DNA from: Spirochaetota bacterium
Lineage (GTDB): Bacteria > Spirochaetota > UBA4802 > UBA5550
Assembly: GCA_963664815.2 (NCBI GenBank)
Contig: CAXXHB010000003.1
Location: forward strand, 1,088,001-1,152,000
Direction of reading: 5' to 3'
DNA length: 64,000 nucleotides
Below are positions 1-9,113 of the stretch, one piece after another. Made by a program: the position numbers and the translations under genes. The notes beneath the pieces are model-generated. The model saw only the letters and a program-made list of their open reading frames with translations. It made no database searches and was not told the origin of the DNA. Positions within the stretch are counted from its first letter, which is position 1; every line of letters begins with the position of its first letter.

Positions 1-2
1 GT

Positions 3-704
3 CCATATTCGACGATATTCCGCCAGCTGGAGCAGGAGAAAGAGGCGCTCAGGCTGAGTGAGATTAATCTGAGAACGAGTGAGGAGACAATAAAACAACA
101 GCTCAGGGAAAAAGAGACTATTCTTAAGGAAGTACATCACCGTATTAAAAACAATATCAGTTCAGTTAAAAACCTGTTAATCCTGCAGTCCGATTCAACA
201 TCTAACGTCGAAGCAAAAGACATTATTGAAAAGGCAATTAACCGTGTTGAAAGCATGTACCAGATATATCAGAAGCTTCTTCTGACAGACGATTACGGGG
301 AGTTGTCCGTTAAAAATTATATTGAAGACCTGGTAATGTCTATCATTGATATTTTTCCGGAAGACGGTAAGGTAACTGTCAAAATGGAAATTGATGATTT
401 TACGCTGGATGTAAACAGATTATTCCCTCTCGGTGCCATAGTGAATGAGCTTATAACCAACTCCATGAAATATGCTTTTGCAGGCAGGGAGTCGGGTAGT
501 ATTGATATAGTCCTGAAGAGGATGAATAATTGTTTTACATTATCCATAGAGGATGACGGCAGCGGTATACCGGACGATTTTGACGCCAACAAGTCGCCGG
601 GATTCGGTTCAATGCTGGTAAAAATGCTTGCACAGCAGATTAATGGGGCAGTAACCATGGAAAACCGATATGGTACCAGAAGCGTTATTACTTTTGAGAT
701 TTAA
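3..704 (+). CDS. Sensor histidine kinase, HisKA_2/HWE type (5'-partial)
   Basis: The frame is open from position 3 (PYSTIFRQLEQ...LKEVHHRIKNNI, H-box), continuing into the 255..704 ORF with NELITNSMKYAF, DDGSG and GFG ATPase boxes. Confidence 0.92.
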   Translation, partial: PYSTIFRQLEQEKEALRLSEINLRTSEETIKQQLREKETILKEVHHRIKNNISSVKNLLILQSDSTSNVEAKDIIEKAINRVESMYQIYQKLLLTDDYGELSVKNYIEDLVMSIIDIFPEDGKVTVKMEIDDFTLDVNRLFPLGAIVNELITNSMKYAFAGRESGSIDIVLKRMNNCFTLSIEDDGSGIPDDFDANKSPGFGSMLVKMLAQQINGAVTMENRYGTRSVITFEI

Positions 705-715
705 CCGGCCTGGCA

Positions 716-1588
716 TTAAAAAACAGATTTTTCTTTTTCAAGCCTTCCGCTGTATGTGTCAAGTATTATGGTATCCTTATAAATCCTAACCAGCTCGTCG
801 CTTAAAATATCGAATTCGTTTATTGATTTTTGTGATAAGTTTCCGATTACTACTCCGCATCCAGCAACACCTGGATTTACCGGAACGTCATTCTCTCTGA
901 TGGAAGACAAAAACAGCTCAATCAGGATAACATTATTTTCGGGATGTATAGAAGATGATTTTACTTTTTCTTTCATCCAGTTATATAAATATTTCCGCTG
1001 ATAACTGCTGTCATACCCGTACCACAGCATCGACTTTATCCCTCTGATGACCGAGTCAAGGAAGGTATCAAAAAAGGTTTTACCACCGGTATTTTTATCA
1101 GATATTGAATATGGATCGATATGAATAAAATCAGATGATGAAAAATTATCAATTAAAGAATCAATGGTTTTAATTGAGTCGTCTTTATATGTCTTAACTT
1201 TTTCAGATAAATTAATTTTTAATGAATATTCCTTTATGGCTTTTAGTGGCTCATTTTCAATGTCGCAGAATATATATTTTTCTGCGCTGTCATGCAGAAC
1301 GTTCATTGCCAGCCCCGGTGAACCGGGATACCTGGTGAACATGGCGCGGTTACCTCCGTATTTTAATAGCGTCTGATAAAATACTGAATTACGGATAATG
1401 TCTGATTCCGCCGCGCTGTTTATAACTGTATAAATACCATAGTCGCGTTCAGGGGAGTGAGTAAGCGGATAATCCGGATGAGCCGAATTTGTTTCAACAT
1501 AAAATCTCGGGCTTTCATTTTCCATGAAGCTGCATAAAGGGAGATGTTTCCAGATGTCGCCGATCCTGCCATAATGTATGTAGCTCAT
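716..1588 (-). CDS. RlmJ/YhiR-like SAM-dependent adenine methyltransferase (divergent)
   Basis: N-terminal HYGRIGDIWKH (cf. HAGNHADVLKH), YVETNSA, YPGSP and HIDPY motifs in RlmJ order. Confidence 0.65.
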   Translation of the reverse strand: MSYIHYGRIGDIWKHLPLCSFMENESPRFYVETNSAHPDYPLTHSPERDYGIYTVINSAAESDIIRNSVFYQTLLKYGGNRAMFTRYPGSPGLAMNVLHDSAEKYIFCDIENEPLKAIKEYSLKINLSEKVKTYKDDSIKTIDSLIDNFSSSDFIHIDPYSISDKNTGGKTFFDTFLDSVIRGIKSMLWYGYDSSYQRKYLYNWMKEKVKSSSIHPENNVILIELFLSSIRENDVPVNPGVAGCGVVIGNLSQKSINEFDILSDELVRIYKDTIILDTYSGRLEKEKSVF

Positions 1589-1597
1589 GCTCTCCCC

Positions 1598-2137
1598 CTA
1601 TATCTCTTTAAGCATTTCACCGATTTTAATTATTGTATTCCAGTTTCGTGCAGTTGAGATAACATTTAATTTTTTTTCAATATAATTGGCGGTAAACCTG
1701 GATCGTCCGGCGCCGTCGTGGTAATATATATATAGTAAATCATCATGGTGGTAATAGTTTTCAACAATTTTTTTATCAGTTCTAAACTGCGATGCCGCAT
1801 CTTCATCTATTTTACCGGAAAGCATTACCACAACCTTTTTTGCGTTGTCATCCTCTTTGTCATTAAAGGGACTGTTTACAATTATATTATTTACCTCTTT
1901 TTCAGTTTTTATTACCATATCGATGTTAATATTAAATTGCGATTGAATAATTTCAGATATTGTATCTTTAATTTCTTTTCTGTTATCTTCATGACGGAAA
2001 ACGATATTTCCGCTGTTAATATATGTTTTTACATCTTTAAATTGTTTATCAGCGAGGGATTTTTTTAGATCGCTCATCTTAACGATATTTTTCCCCCCGA
2101 TATTTATTCCCCGTAAAAATGCTGCGTATTTCACCAT
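1598..2137 (-). CDS. DUF1697 family protein
   Basis: MVKYAAFLRGINIGGKN...TYINSGN...TARNWNT signature; start moved to the ATG at 2137. Confidence 0.9.
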   Translation of the reverse strand: MVKYAAFLRGINIGGKNIVKMSDLKKSLADKQFKDVKTYINSGNIVFRHEDNRKEIKDTISEIIQSQFNINIDMVIKTEKEVNNIIVNSPFNDKEDDNAKKVVVMLSGKIDEDAASQFRTDKKIVENYYHHDDLLYIYYHDGAGRSRFTANYIEKKLNVISTARNWNTIIKIGEMLKEI

Positions 2138-2210
2138 TAAAAGAGTACCCCCTGATGTGTTCTGTAACCGGATATACACAAAAATTATTGTAAGAACAGT
2201 GGTGACGATT

Positions 2211-2867
2211 TTATTTAAATGGCTTCTTTGCAACTGCTGTCAGCCAGTTGGTTTCTGCCTTTTCAAATATCTGTACTGATTCATATTCCAGATTTATTAA
2301 AATATTATTAATCTCCTCCGGGCTGTGAATCTTCATTCCGAATAATTCACTCCAGTAATTATTTCTCTCTTCAAATAGTTCATGCTTATAGGCTGAATGA
2401 ACAAGTAAAAAAATGCCCCCGGGCTTTAATACACGTCTCACTTCCTGAAAATCATTTATTATATCCGGCCAGAATGAATATGTTTCAAATGCTGTGACAA
2501 GATGGAATGAACTATCCGGAAATGGTAATTTTGAAATTGATGCTTTGGTAATCCGGACCCGATTCGCATCGATTAAATCTTTATTTGTTTCAACTGATAA
2601 TTTTACCATATCTTCAGAATGGTCTATACCGTAAATAATCCCCTTTGCAGAATGACGTGCCAGTAGTTTAACAGCCTCTCCGCCGCCGCATCCGGCATCA
2701 AGGATAATGTCATCATCATTGATTGTAATATACGATAATCCCCACTGCCAGAGTGGAGGATGTCTCTCATTCATCTTTATACCGACATACCTTCCTATAT
2801 CCCCTTCCGGTTTCGGGCATTGCTTTAACATCTCATCCTGTGAATACATGGCCTTTATTTTCCTCAT
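2211..2867 (-). CDS. Class I SAM-dependent methyltransferase
   Basis: ILDAGCGGG motif I, GIDHS, LPFPDSSF, RVLKPGG. Confidence 0.9.
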   Translation of the reverse strand: MRKIKAMYSQDEMLKQCPKPEGDIGRYVGIKMNERHPPLWQWGLSYITINDDDIILDAGCGGGEAVKLLARHSAKGIIYGIDHSEDMVKLSVETNKDLIDANRVRITKASISKLPFPDSSFHLVTAFETYSFWPDIINDFQEVRRVLKPGGIFLLVHSAYKHELFEERNNYWSELFGMKIHSPEEINNILINLEYESVQIFEKAETNWLTAVAKKPFK

Positions 2868-2873
2868 TTAAAT

Positions 2874-3290
2874 TCATTTATTATCTCCGGGAAAATGATG
2901 ATTTTCAGCGCCGCATACCATACAAGCTTTCCTGTGAACGCATAAAAGATTTCCGCATTGAATGCACCTCCATTTTTCACTTTCAGATTTAATTAAAGCA
3001 TTGATTCCGGATTCGGAGATGTTCCGCAAATTTTCAACAGGGCTCTCTCCATATTTATTTACATACCTTTTTTCGAGTTTCCTGATTTTTATACATGGGA
3101 ACCGGCTGCATTTGTTACATCGGGATTTTTCATCACCATTCTTTTCAGGGCACATTTTAATACTGCAGGTGGTGCAGTGTGATGGTTTGTTGCCTGTGTT
3201 ATTGCAGCCGACGCATCTGTTTTTACTTCTCTGAAAACCTGAACAGAGATCACAGATAATGCCGCATGGGGCGATACTTTTACTGTTCAT
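2874..3290 (-). CDS. DUF3795 Cys-rich protein
   Basis: IAPCGIICDLC...CVGC...CSIKMC...CNKCSRFPC pattern plus a C-terminal CxxC pair. Confidence 0.85.
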   Translation of the reverse strand: MNSKSIAPCGIICDLCSGFQRSKNRCVGCNNTGNKPSHCTTCSIKMCPEKNGDEKSRCNKCSRFPCIKIRKLEKRYVNKYGESPVENLRNISESGINALIKSESEKWRCIQCGNLLCVHRKACMVCGAENHHFPGDNK

Positions 3291-3301
3291 AATCAGTCCT
3301 C

Positions 3302-3359
3302 AATAACAGATCAGATTTATTGCACTGCACCAGCTGAATGCAGATGTAATGCCGTTATT
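3302..3359. repeat. Degenerate attC-like imperfect inverted repeat (58 bp)
   Basis: AATAAC...ATTGCACTGCA-loop-TGCAGATGTAAT...GTTATT: AAC/GTT ends and an inner stem with one unpaired base, between two co-oriented genes. Confidence 0.4.
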
Positions 3360-3375
3360 CTTTACTATATAGGTC

Positions 3376-3825
3376 TTAATTATCAAATATAACTTTCTTC
3401 TTATTATGTTCCGATTCTGCATCCTGTTCGGATATTATTTTTCTGGTCATATTATCCTTAAACAATTTCCTGTCGATGGCTTTATCTGTATATCTGATTA
3501 CTGTTGCGCTTGCAACCCATTTTTGTGAACAGATAACACCTGGCATACCGGTTATTTCCATGTCAAAGTGGTAATTGATAATATCGTCTCCGCCGATTTC
3601 TTTAGCCTTTTTCAGTATTATTGAGAAACCATCCCCACCCCAGATAAAAAAAAGTATGTTATGTATTTCCCCTTCAGCTTCAACCACACCGATAATTTTA
3701 AAATCATCGGTAGTTAACTGGTAATCTGAAACCCTGTTGGTGCTTTTGGGAATAGTATATTGCATACAGCCGGTGAGAGTAAAGATGAATAAGATAAATA
3801 ACAGCAGGTATGGATTTTGTTTCAT
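3376..3825 (-). CDS. Hypothetical lipoprotein
   Basis: Signal peptide with lipobox LTGC; GAGG RBS upstream. Confidence 0.75.
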   Translation of the reverse strand: MKQNPYLLLFILFIFTLTGCMQYTIPKSTNRVSDYQLTTDDFKIIGVVEAEGEIHNILFFIWGGDGFSIILKKAKEIGGDDIINYHFDMEITGMPGVICSQKWVASATVIRYTDKAIDRKLFKDNMTRKIISEQDAESEHNKKKVIFDN

Positions 3826-3942
3826 ATTACCTCGGCAACTGAATTATTTATTAAAAAATTGAATCCAATAGGTTTGTACTGAAAATAATTTGTCAAGAAT
3901 GATACCGGTTAATTGTAATTTCTTAATGGTGTTTTAAAGTGA

Positions 3943-3987
3943 TAATATTAAAAGGCAGGGGTGAGGTGCCCCTGCCTTTTAATATTA
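3943..3987. terminator. Strong hairpin, probable bidirectional intrinsic terminator
   Basis: TAATATTAAAAGGCAGGGG-7 nt-CCCCTGCCTTTTAATATTA, a perfect 19-bp stem. Confidence 0.7.
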
Positions 3988-4203
3988 AAATCCATTTATA
4001 TAGCATCGAACTGGAAGATCGTTTGGAAGAGCGGCAAGACATATGCAGATGCTGCACATCTTGCAAGAACATATAAAAACTGTTTGGACTAACTCTATCT
4101 CATGCGGTGAATAAATCCCGGAATATTGAATTTATTACATTTTAATCGCTGATTAAATGCTGTTTTCATGTTCTACTTCTTCGTTCAACGATTTCAGCCC
4201 GGG

Positions 4204-4758
4204 TTACATGAATCTCTTTTTTGTCTTCATATATTCAACAATCAGTTGTAATCTTTGATTTTTTGTCTCTTCTTTTTTTGCAGAATAATACACCATTGAG
4301 TAATGTTCTTTCAGACTTTGAGATAATTTATCAAATTCATTAATGTCTATACCGCACTGTTTAAGTAGAATCCTTAATCCGGCAATATCAATTAAATCCT
4401 CCCTTTCATCTTTTTTATCCCACTGCCCGTTTCTTTTTGCCTCTTTAACCGCCTGTAAGCCGATGGGTGTCATTTTGCCGCTTCTGATCAGTTCTTCGGC
4501 TTTCTTTTTATTCACTGAAGACCATCTGCTTTTCGGATTTCTCCTGGAAAACTTTCTTAAGTAAACTCTTTCATCGACTTTCTTTATGAGGGAATCTATC
4601 CAGCCGAAAGATAGAGCTGCTTCCAAAGCATCATTATATGAGATACCTTCGGTATCATCTTTATAGAACTGAATCCATACAGGGCAACTCGTTGAGTAAT
4701 TATTTTCAAGCCACTCATAAAATTCATTTATAGTTGTGAAATGAAGCGTATTGTTCAT
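4204..4758 (-). CDS. YdeI/OmpD-associated family protein
   Basis: WLENN...ISYNDALEAALSFGWIDS...FSRRNPKSRWSSVNK...GKMTPIG. Confidence 0.9.
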   Translation of the reverse strand: MNNTLHFTTINEFYEWLENNYSTSCPVWIQFYKDDTEGISYNDALEAALSFGWIDSLIKKVDERVYLRKFSRRNPKSRWSSVNKKKAEELIRSGKMTPIGLQAVKEAKRNGQWDKKDEREDLIDIAGLRILLKQCGIDINEFDKLSQSLKEHYSMVYYSAKKEETKNQRLQLIVEYMKTKKRFM

Positions 4759-4784
4759 AATTCAACCTCGGCCGATGCTGAAAA

Positions 4785-4853
4785 ATGTTCATTGGCTGCG
4801 CGACATAGACCTTAATTTTAAATGTGAAAGCCGATGTCGTACAGCCGGAACAT
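4785..4853. repeat. Degenerate attC-like imperfect inverted repeat
   Basis: ATGTTC-ATT-GGCTGCGCGACAT ... ATGTCGTACAGCC-G-GAACAT immediately upstream of the ydeI-like start. Confidence 0.35.
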
Positions 4854-4959
4854 GTATTTTCAACGCAGTGTCTCAACTGTTGTATATACAGTTGAGCATA
4901 AATTTAATATTGGTAAAGAAGCTGCCTGACATTGAAATAATTACAAGTTTTATATTTTA

Positions 4960-6180
4960 TCATGATTTTCTTTTTTTAAGATCCAGCGCGGTTTTAAGAC
5001 CCTTCTCTCTGATTACTTTCATCTTGAGTCCGGTTTCTGTAAGCCTGAAGAAGCGTTTCCCGTATTTTTTAAGGAGTTTTTCATTTATTGTAAAACCGAG
5101 CCCGGGTGTTGTAAACGGCTTCAGGTATGCCCTGTTATCCGGCAGCACCGGATCTATAATACCCTCCCTGAATTCCGGAATCCATGATGGCGGCTCGAAT
5201 GGATATTCAAGCGGGAGGGCGTTTTTCCTGTCGGCCAGTACCAGGTTCCAGTTTACATAGAAACCGATCCCGTTTGTCCATGTGTGAGGTGTGTAGAGGC
5301 GTTCCTTTTCGTGGCACATATCTATGACCTTCTTCACCTGCGCGATCCCCCCTGCAAACGTCGCGTCCGGCTGATAGATATGGAAACAGTCCTTCTCGAA
5401 CATTATTTTTATTTCGTCCCAGCCGTAATTAAGCTCTGCCCCTGAGATTTTAATCTTTGAGTATTTTTTGAGCGCTGCATTGCCGTCATAATCCCGCGAA
5501 TCAAGAGGTTCTTCAAGCCATTCAATGCCGTTCGCATAGCAGACATCGGCAAATTTTTTGGCCCTGTCAAGGTCCCATGCCGGCACCCTGTCGACTATGG
5601 TTACAAGCCAGCCCTGGTTGGCATCCACCCCCAGCATGAAATCATCACCGATTTTCTTTCTGATAATTTCAATCTGGCGGATATCGTCGGCAGGTTCAAT
5701 GCTTTTAACCCTGAGTTTGGCACAGCGGTACCCTTTTTCCTTTATCGCCATAAGCTCCTCGGCCCTTTTGTCCGGGTCATGCATCTCCCCGGTGGAGCAG
5801 TAGACTTCAACATCCCTGGCATTCCCCCCAAGCAGCTCATAGACAGGTTTGCCCGCCTTTTTCCCCATAATGTCCCAGCATGCCGGTTCAATCCAGAAAT
5901 TTCTCCAGCCGAGGACACCCGCCTGCTTCAGCAGATCCTGTACCCTCCCTATATCCGTGGGATCAGCCCCTATAAGGTAGCCCCCCAGCAGATCTCCAAG
6001 GCCCTCACGCTCGGTACCCATAGCAGCCCCGGCTCCGTACCCCTCAATACCCTCGTCTGTCACAAGCTTTATCAGTGTGAAACGGTTGTGTGTCTGCGGA
6101 TAACCGGGTATCCATGTGGGCCGGAATGTCTCTTTGAGCGGAACCGAAACATGGTATAACTCAATTGAGGAAATTTTCAT
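4960..6180 (-). CDS. Mandelate racemase/muconate lactonizing (enolase superfamily) enzyme
   Basis: WDIMGK, KLR, VDANQ, WLEEP, GAE, QPD motifs. Confidence 0.92.
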   Translation of the reverse strand: MKISSIELYHVSVPLKETFRPTWIPGYPQTHNRFTLIKLVTDEGIEGYGAGAAMGTEREGLGDLLGGYLIGADPTDIGRVQDLLKQAGVLGWRNFWIEPACWDIMGKKAGKPVYELLGGNARDVEVYCSTGEMHDPDKRAEELMAIKEKGYRCAKLRVKSIEPADDIRQIEIIRKKIGDDFMLGVDANQGWLVTIVDRVPAWDLDRAKKFADVCYANGIEWLEEPLDSRDYDGNAALKKYSKIKISGAELNYGWDEIKIMFEKDCFHIYQPDATFAGGIAQVKKVIDMCHEKERLYTPHTWTNGIGFYVNWNLVLADRKNALPLEYPFEPPSWIPEFREGIIDPVLPDNRAYLKPFTTPGLGFTINEKLLKKYGKRFFRLTETGLKMKVIREKGLKTALDLKKRKS

Positions 6181-6198
6181 TATAACACCCCCTTTATT

Positions 6199-6232
6199 TT
6201 GGTTATACCAGATATTATATTGGTATAACCAA
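6199..6232. promoter_or_regulatory. Paired FadR/GntR-type operators in the divergent promoter
   Basis: TTGGTTATACCA (6199-6210) and TGGTATAACCAA (6221-6232), inverted relative to each other, next to a minus-strand TTGACA (6239-6234). Confidence 0.75.
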
Positions 6233-6326
6233 TTGTCAAGTATTTTCTACTTGCAAAACGGCCATATCTGTCGTGTATGTTCCGGAGCGGGCAGCCGGTT
6301 TTATAAAAAATATGAGGGTGAATAAC

Positions 6327-7046
6327 ATGAATCCGGGACTTCCGGGGAGAATTTTTAACGATATGCAGACCGACATAATAAGAGAGATCTACCCGGCGGG
6401 GAGCAAACTGCCTCCCGAGCGGGACCTTGCTGTTAAATATAGCGCCAGCAGGTTTGCAGTTCGTGAGGCTATAGCAATGCTTGTGCAGAGCGGGCTGGTG
6501 GTAACTCATCCTCAGAGCGGGACATATGTAAATGATTTCAGCAACAACTGTTCCCTTGAAACCCTTGTACAGATACTCAGAATACGCAGAAGCATAGACA
6601 GGCAGACGCTTGAATCGCTTCTTAATTTCAGGTTTACCACGGAGACAGCAGCAGCGGGTGAGGCTGCAGCCCGTATTATGGAAAGCGATATTGAATACCT
6701 TGAACATAACCTTGAAATAAAGAGGGGGCACCTGGCCGATATAGATGTCCTTGCGGAGTGCGATTTTGACTTTCATAATACAATTATTACGGTATCCGGG
6801 AATATTATAAACCGGCTTGTTTTCCAGTCGTTCAGGCCGGTATATCATTTTTTTACGGAATTTTTCTATTCAATCGAGGGTGCTGCCGAAGCCTCGCTTA
6901 AACTGAACATAAAGCTGCTTAAAGCCCTGAAACTAAGAGATGCTGATGCATCAAATAAAGCCATGGGCGCCATCCTTAAATTCGGCGAAAAAAAGGTTTA
7001 TGATGCGATAAAAGACGGAAGCCATTTTTCACTGCTGGGGAAGTGA
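6327..7046 (+). CDS. FadR/GntR family transcriptional regulator
   Basis: GSKLPPERDLA...SRFAVREA wHTH and an FCD domain (DFDFH); GAGGGTG RBS before the ATG at 6327. Confidence 0.92.
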   Translation: MNPGLPGRIFNDMQTDIIREIYPAGSKLPPERDLAVKYSASRFAVREAIAMLVQSGLVVTHPQSGTYVNDFSNNCSLETLVQILRIRRSIDRQTLESLLNFRFTTETAAAGEAAARIMESDIEYLEHNLEIKRGHLADIDVLAECDFDFHNTIITVSGNIINRLVFQSFRPVYHFFTEFFYSIEGAAEASLKLNIKLLKALKLRDADASNKAMGAILKFGEKKVYDAIKDGSHFSLLGK

Positions 7047-7076
7047 ACATCTGTCAACCGATGAGATTATGAAACG

Positions 7077-7120
7077 CGATTTAATGGAACTCCCGGCGGG
7101 ATTTCCATTAAATCGTTTTT
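7077..7120. terminator. Intrinsic terminator between convergent genes
   Basis: CGATTTAATGGAA...TTCCATTAAATCG followed by TTTTT. Confidence 0.7.
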
Positions 7121-7143
7121 ACAGGACAAATCAGCCTCAGGCG

Positions 7144-7776
7144 TTAAGCTAACCTCTCAATATCGCCTGACTGAATATATTGAATGTTTGCCCGGATTTT
7201 TTCGTACGGCCAGTCCCACCACTTAATTTTTAACAGTTTCATTATAATGCCATCACTATACCTTTTCTTTATAACCTCTGCAGGTACACCTCCAACAATA
7301 GCATAAGGTGGAACATCCTTGGTGACTATTGCCCTGGTGCCGATAACAGCACCATCGCCGATTTTCACACCTGACATAATAATGGCGTCATACCCTATCC
7401 ACACATCATTTCCAACTACAATATCTCCCTTATTGTCCCATGCATCAGTTATATGACTGACGTCTAAACCCCATTCCTCATAAAATATGGGAAATGTATA
7501 AGTAGACAGGGATTTCATTGTGTGGTTGCCGCTGGTCATGAGAAACTTCGCCTTACATGCAATTGAACAGAATTTCCCGATTGTTACTTTATCATTGTTT
7601 ACGGGATACTGATATAGAACATTATTTTTTTCAAAGTCCTCCGGATTATTATAAAAGTCGTTATATATTGTATAATCTCCAACTTTTATATTGTCTCTTG
7701 TGATTACATTTTTAAGATAAACGATCTGGTGATCATTACTCCTTGGATGTATTTTATCTGAATCTGGAATAGTCAT
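7144..7776 (-). CDS. CatB/Vat-related xenobiotic O-acetyltransferase (hexapeptide repeat)
   Basis: [40 protein letters not shown] motifs. Confidence 0.92.
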   Translation of the reverse strand: MTIPDSDKIHPRSNDHQIVYLKNVITRDNIKVGDYTIYNDFYNNPEDFEKNNVLYQYPVNNDKVTIGKFCSIACKAKFLMTSGNHTMKSLSTYTFPIFYEEWGLDVSHITDAWDNKGDIVVGNDVWIGYDAIIMSGVKIGDGAVIGTRAIVTKDVPPYAIVGGVPAEVIKKRYSDGIIMKLLKIKWWDWPYEKIRANIQYIQSGDIERLA

Positions 7777-7824
7777 ATTTAACTCTCTTTATTATTGTAT
7801 TTTGTTGTTTTTCTGACTATTCCA

Positions 7825-7845
7825 TTATACAATGCATTTCTTCAT
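7825..7845 (-). CDS. Candidate leader peptide MKKCIV
   Basis: Minus strand AAGGAGTGAATAT-ATG AAG AAA TGC ATT GTA TAA, ending 48 nt before the acetyltransferase ATG. Confidence 0.5.
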   Translation of the reverse strand: MKKCIV

Positions 7846-7934
7846 ATATTCACTCCTTACCGCTAAGCCTTAGCTTAAAAAAATATCTATTATTCTGTTT
7901 TCAATAATATTTTTATATCTGTTTCTTTTTTTAT

Positions 7935-7997
7935 AAAAATTGTCAGTAATAACTTCTGGATATATATTTATTGTAAAATAAACGATTATATCTCACC
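7935..7997 (+). repeat. Dispersed intergenic repeat, copy A
   Basis: Aligns with 56970-57034; shared core TGTAAAATAAACGATTAT...TCACC. Confidence 0.6.
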
Positions 7998-8176
7998 CCC
8001 CGGCGGAAAGAATAAGGCATTTTATGTTATAAAGAATTAAGGGATAATTATATGTTAACTGAAAAAGAATTGACGACCAGAAAGCCCTGCGCTACATAAT
8101 GTGTAGCATGCTATAAAATCAATAGCAGGATCATTTGTTAACTGTATAAAGCTGAAAGATCAAAAGGAGTATCTCC

Positions 8177-8977
8177 ATGAAAATAAAATCTGTGAAATTG
8201 GTTTGTTTTTCACCTACGGGAACAACAAAAGCTGTTGTTCAGGGAATTGCGCGTGGAATTGATCAAAGCGATGTGGAACTGCTTGATATCACCAGGCCGG
8301 ATGCGAGGAAACAGCCGTTACAGACATCGGAAAGTGAATTGCTCGTTGTCGGCGTGCCGGTTTATATGGGGAGAGTGCCTGCGCTTTTAACGGAATGGCT
8401 GCAGGCGATTAAAGCCCGTAATACACCTGCTGTATGTATCGTTGTTTATGGCAATCGCGTGTATGATGATGCACTGCTCGAGCTTAAAGATACTCTGATA
8501 AAATGCGGATGTATACCGGTCGCCTGTGCGGCATATATTGGAGAACATTCATTTTCCAGTTCCGAAACGCCAACAGCCGAAGGCCGACCCGATGCAGGTG
8601 ACTTGAACCATGCAGAATTATTCGGGCATAAAATAAGTGAAAAACTGCTGACTATTCCATCAGGCGGTCTCATTTCTGATATAAGAATACCAGGAAACTA
8701 TCCCTATGTCGGAGTTACGGAGCTATGGAGTGTTGATTTTATTGAAGTTAATAATGACTGCAGGCAATGCGGAATTTGTGCCGAAGGGTGTCCTGTCGGC
8801 GCTATCGACTCAGAAAACAGTAATTTGATTGATAAGGAAAAATGCATTACCTGTTGTGCATGTATAAAAAATTGTCCGCAAAACGCCAGAACGATGAAAG
8901 CCGGGCCGGTAAAAGATGCCGCAATACGATTAAACAAACTGTATAAAGTGCGAAAGGAGCCTGTATTGTTTTTTTAA
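8177..8977 (+). CDS. EFR1-type flavodoxin/4Fe-4S ferredoxin fusion
   Basis: FSPTGTT flavodoxin start, YGNR, two CxxCxxCxxxCP motifs; AGGAG RBS. Confidence 0.92.
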   Translation: MKIKSVKLVCFSPTGTTKAVVQGIARGIDQSDVELLDITRPDARKQPLQTSESELLVVGVPVYMGRVPALLTEWLQAIKARNTPAVCIVVYGNRVYDDALLELKDTLIKCGCIPVACAAYIGEHSFSSSETPTAEGRPDAGDLNHAELFGHKISEKLLTIPSGGLISDIRIPGNYPYVGVTELWSVDFIEVNNDCRQCGICAEGCPVGAIDSENSNLIDKEKCITCCACIKNCPQNARTMKAGPVKDAAIRLNKLYKVRKEPVLFF

Positions 8978-9113
8978 TTTACAGTCAGACTGAAACTATA
9001 GTCTCCGGGACGGATACTATCTTAAAAAATCAGATAAGCAACATGGCAAACCTCCATCTCAAAGGAGGGAAGGGGCCATATAATTTTAATAGCAGCAGTT
9101 AAAAGGAGTAAAA

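Noticed and set aside
6180-6848. Long antisense ORFs in the track (e.g. 6180..6848, 4751..5260, 34032..34685, 47460..48122, 62728..63861)
   Set aside because: They are shadows of well-supported genes on the opposite strand and have no recognisable motifs.
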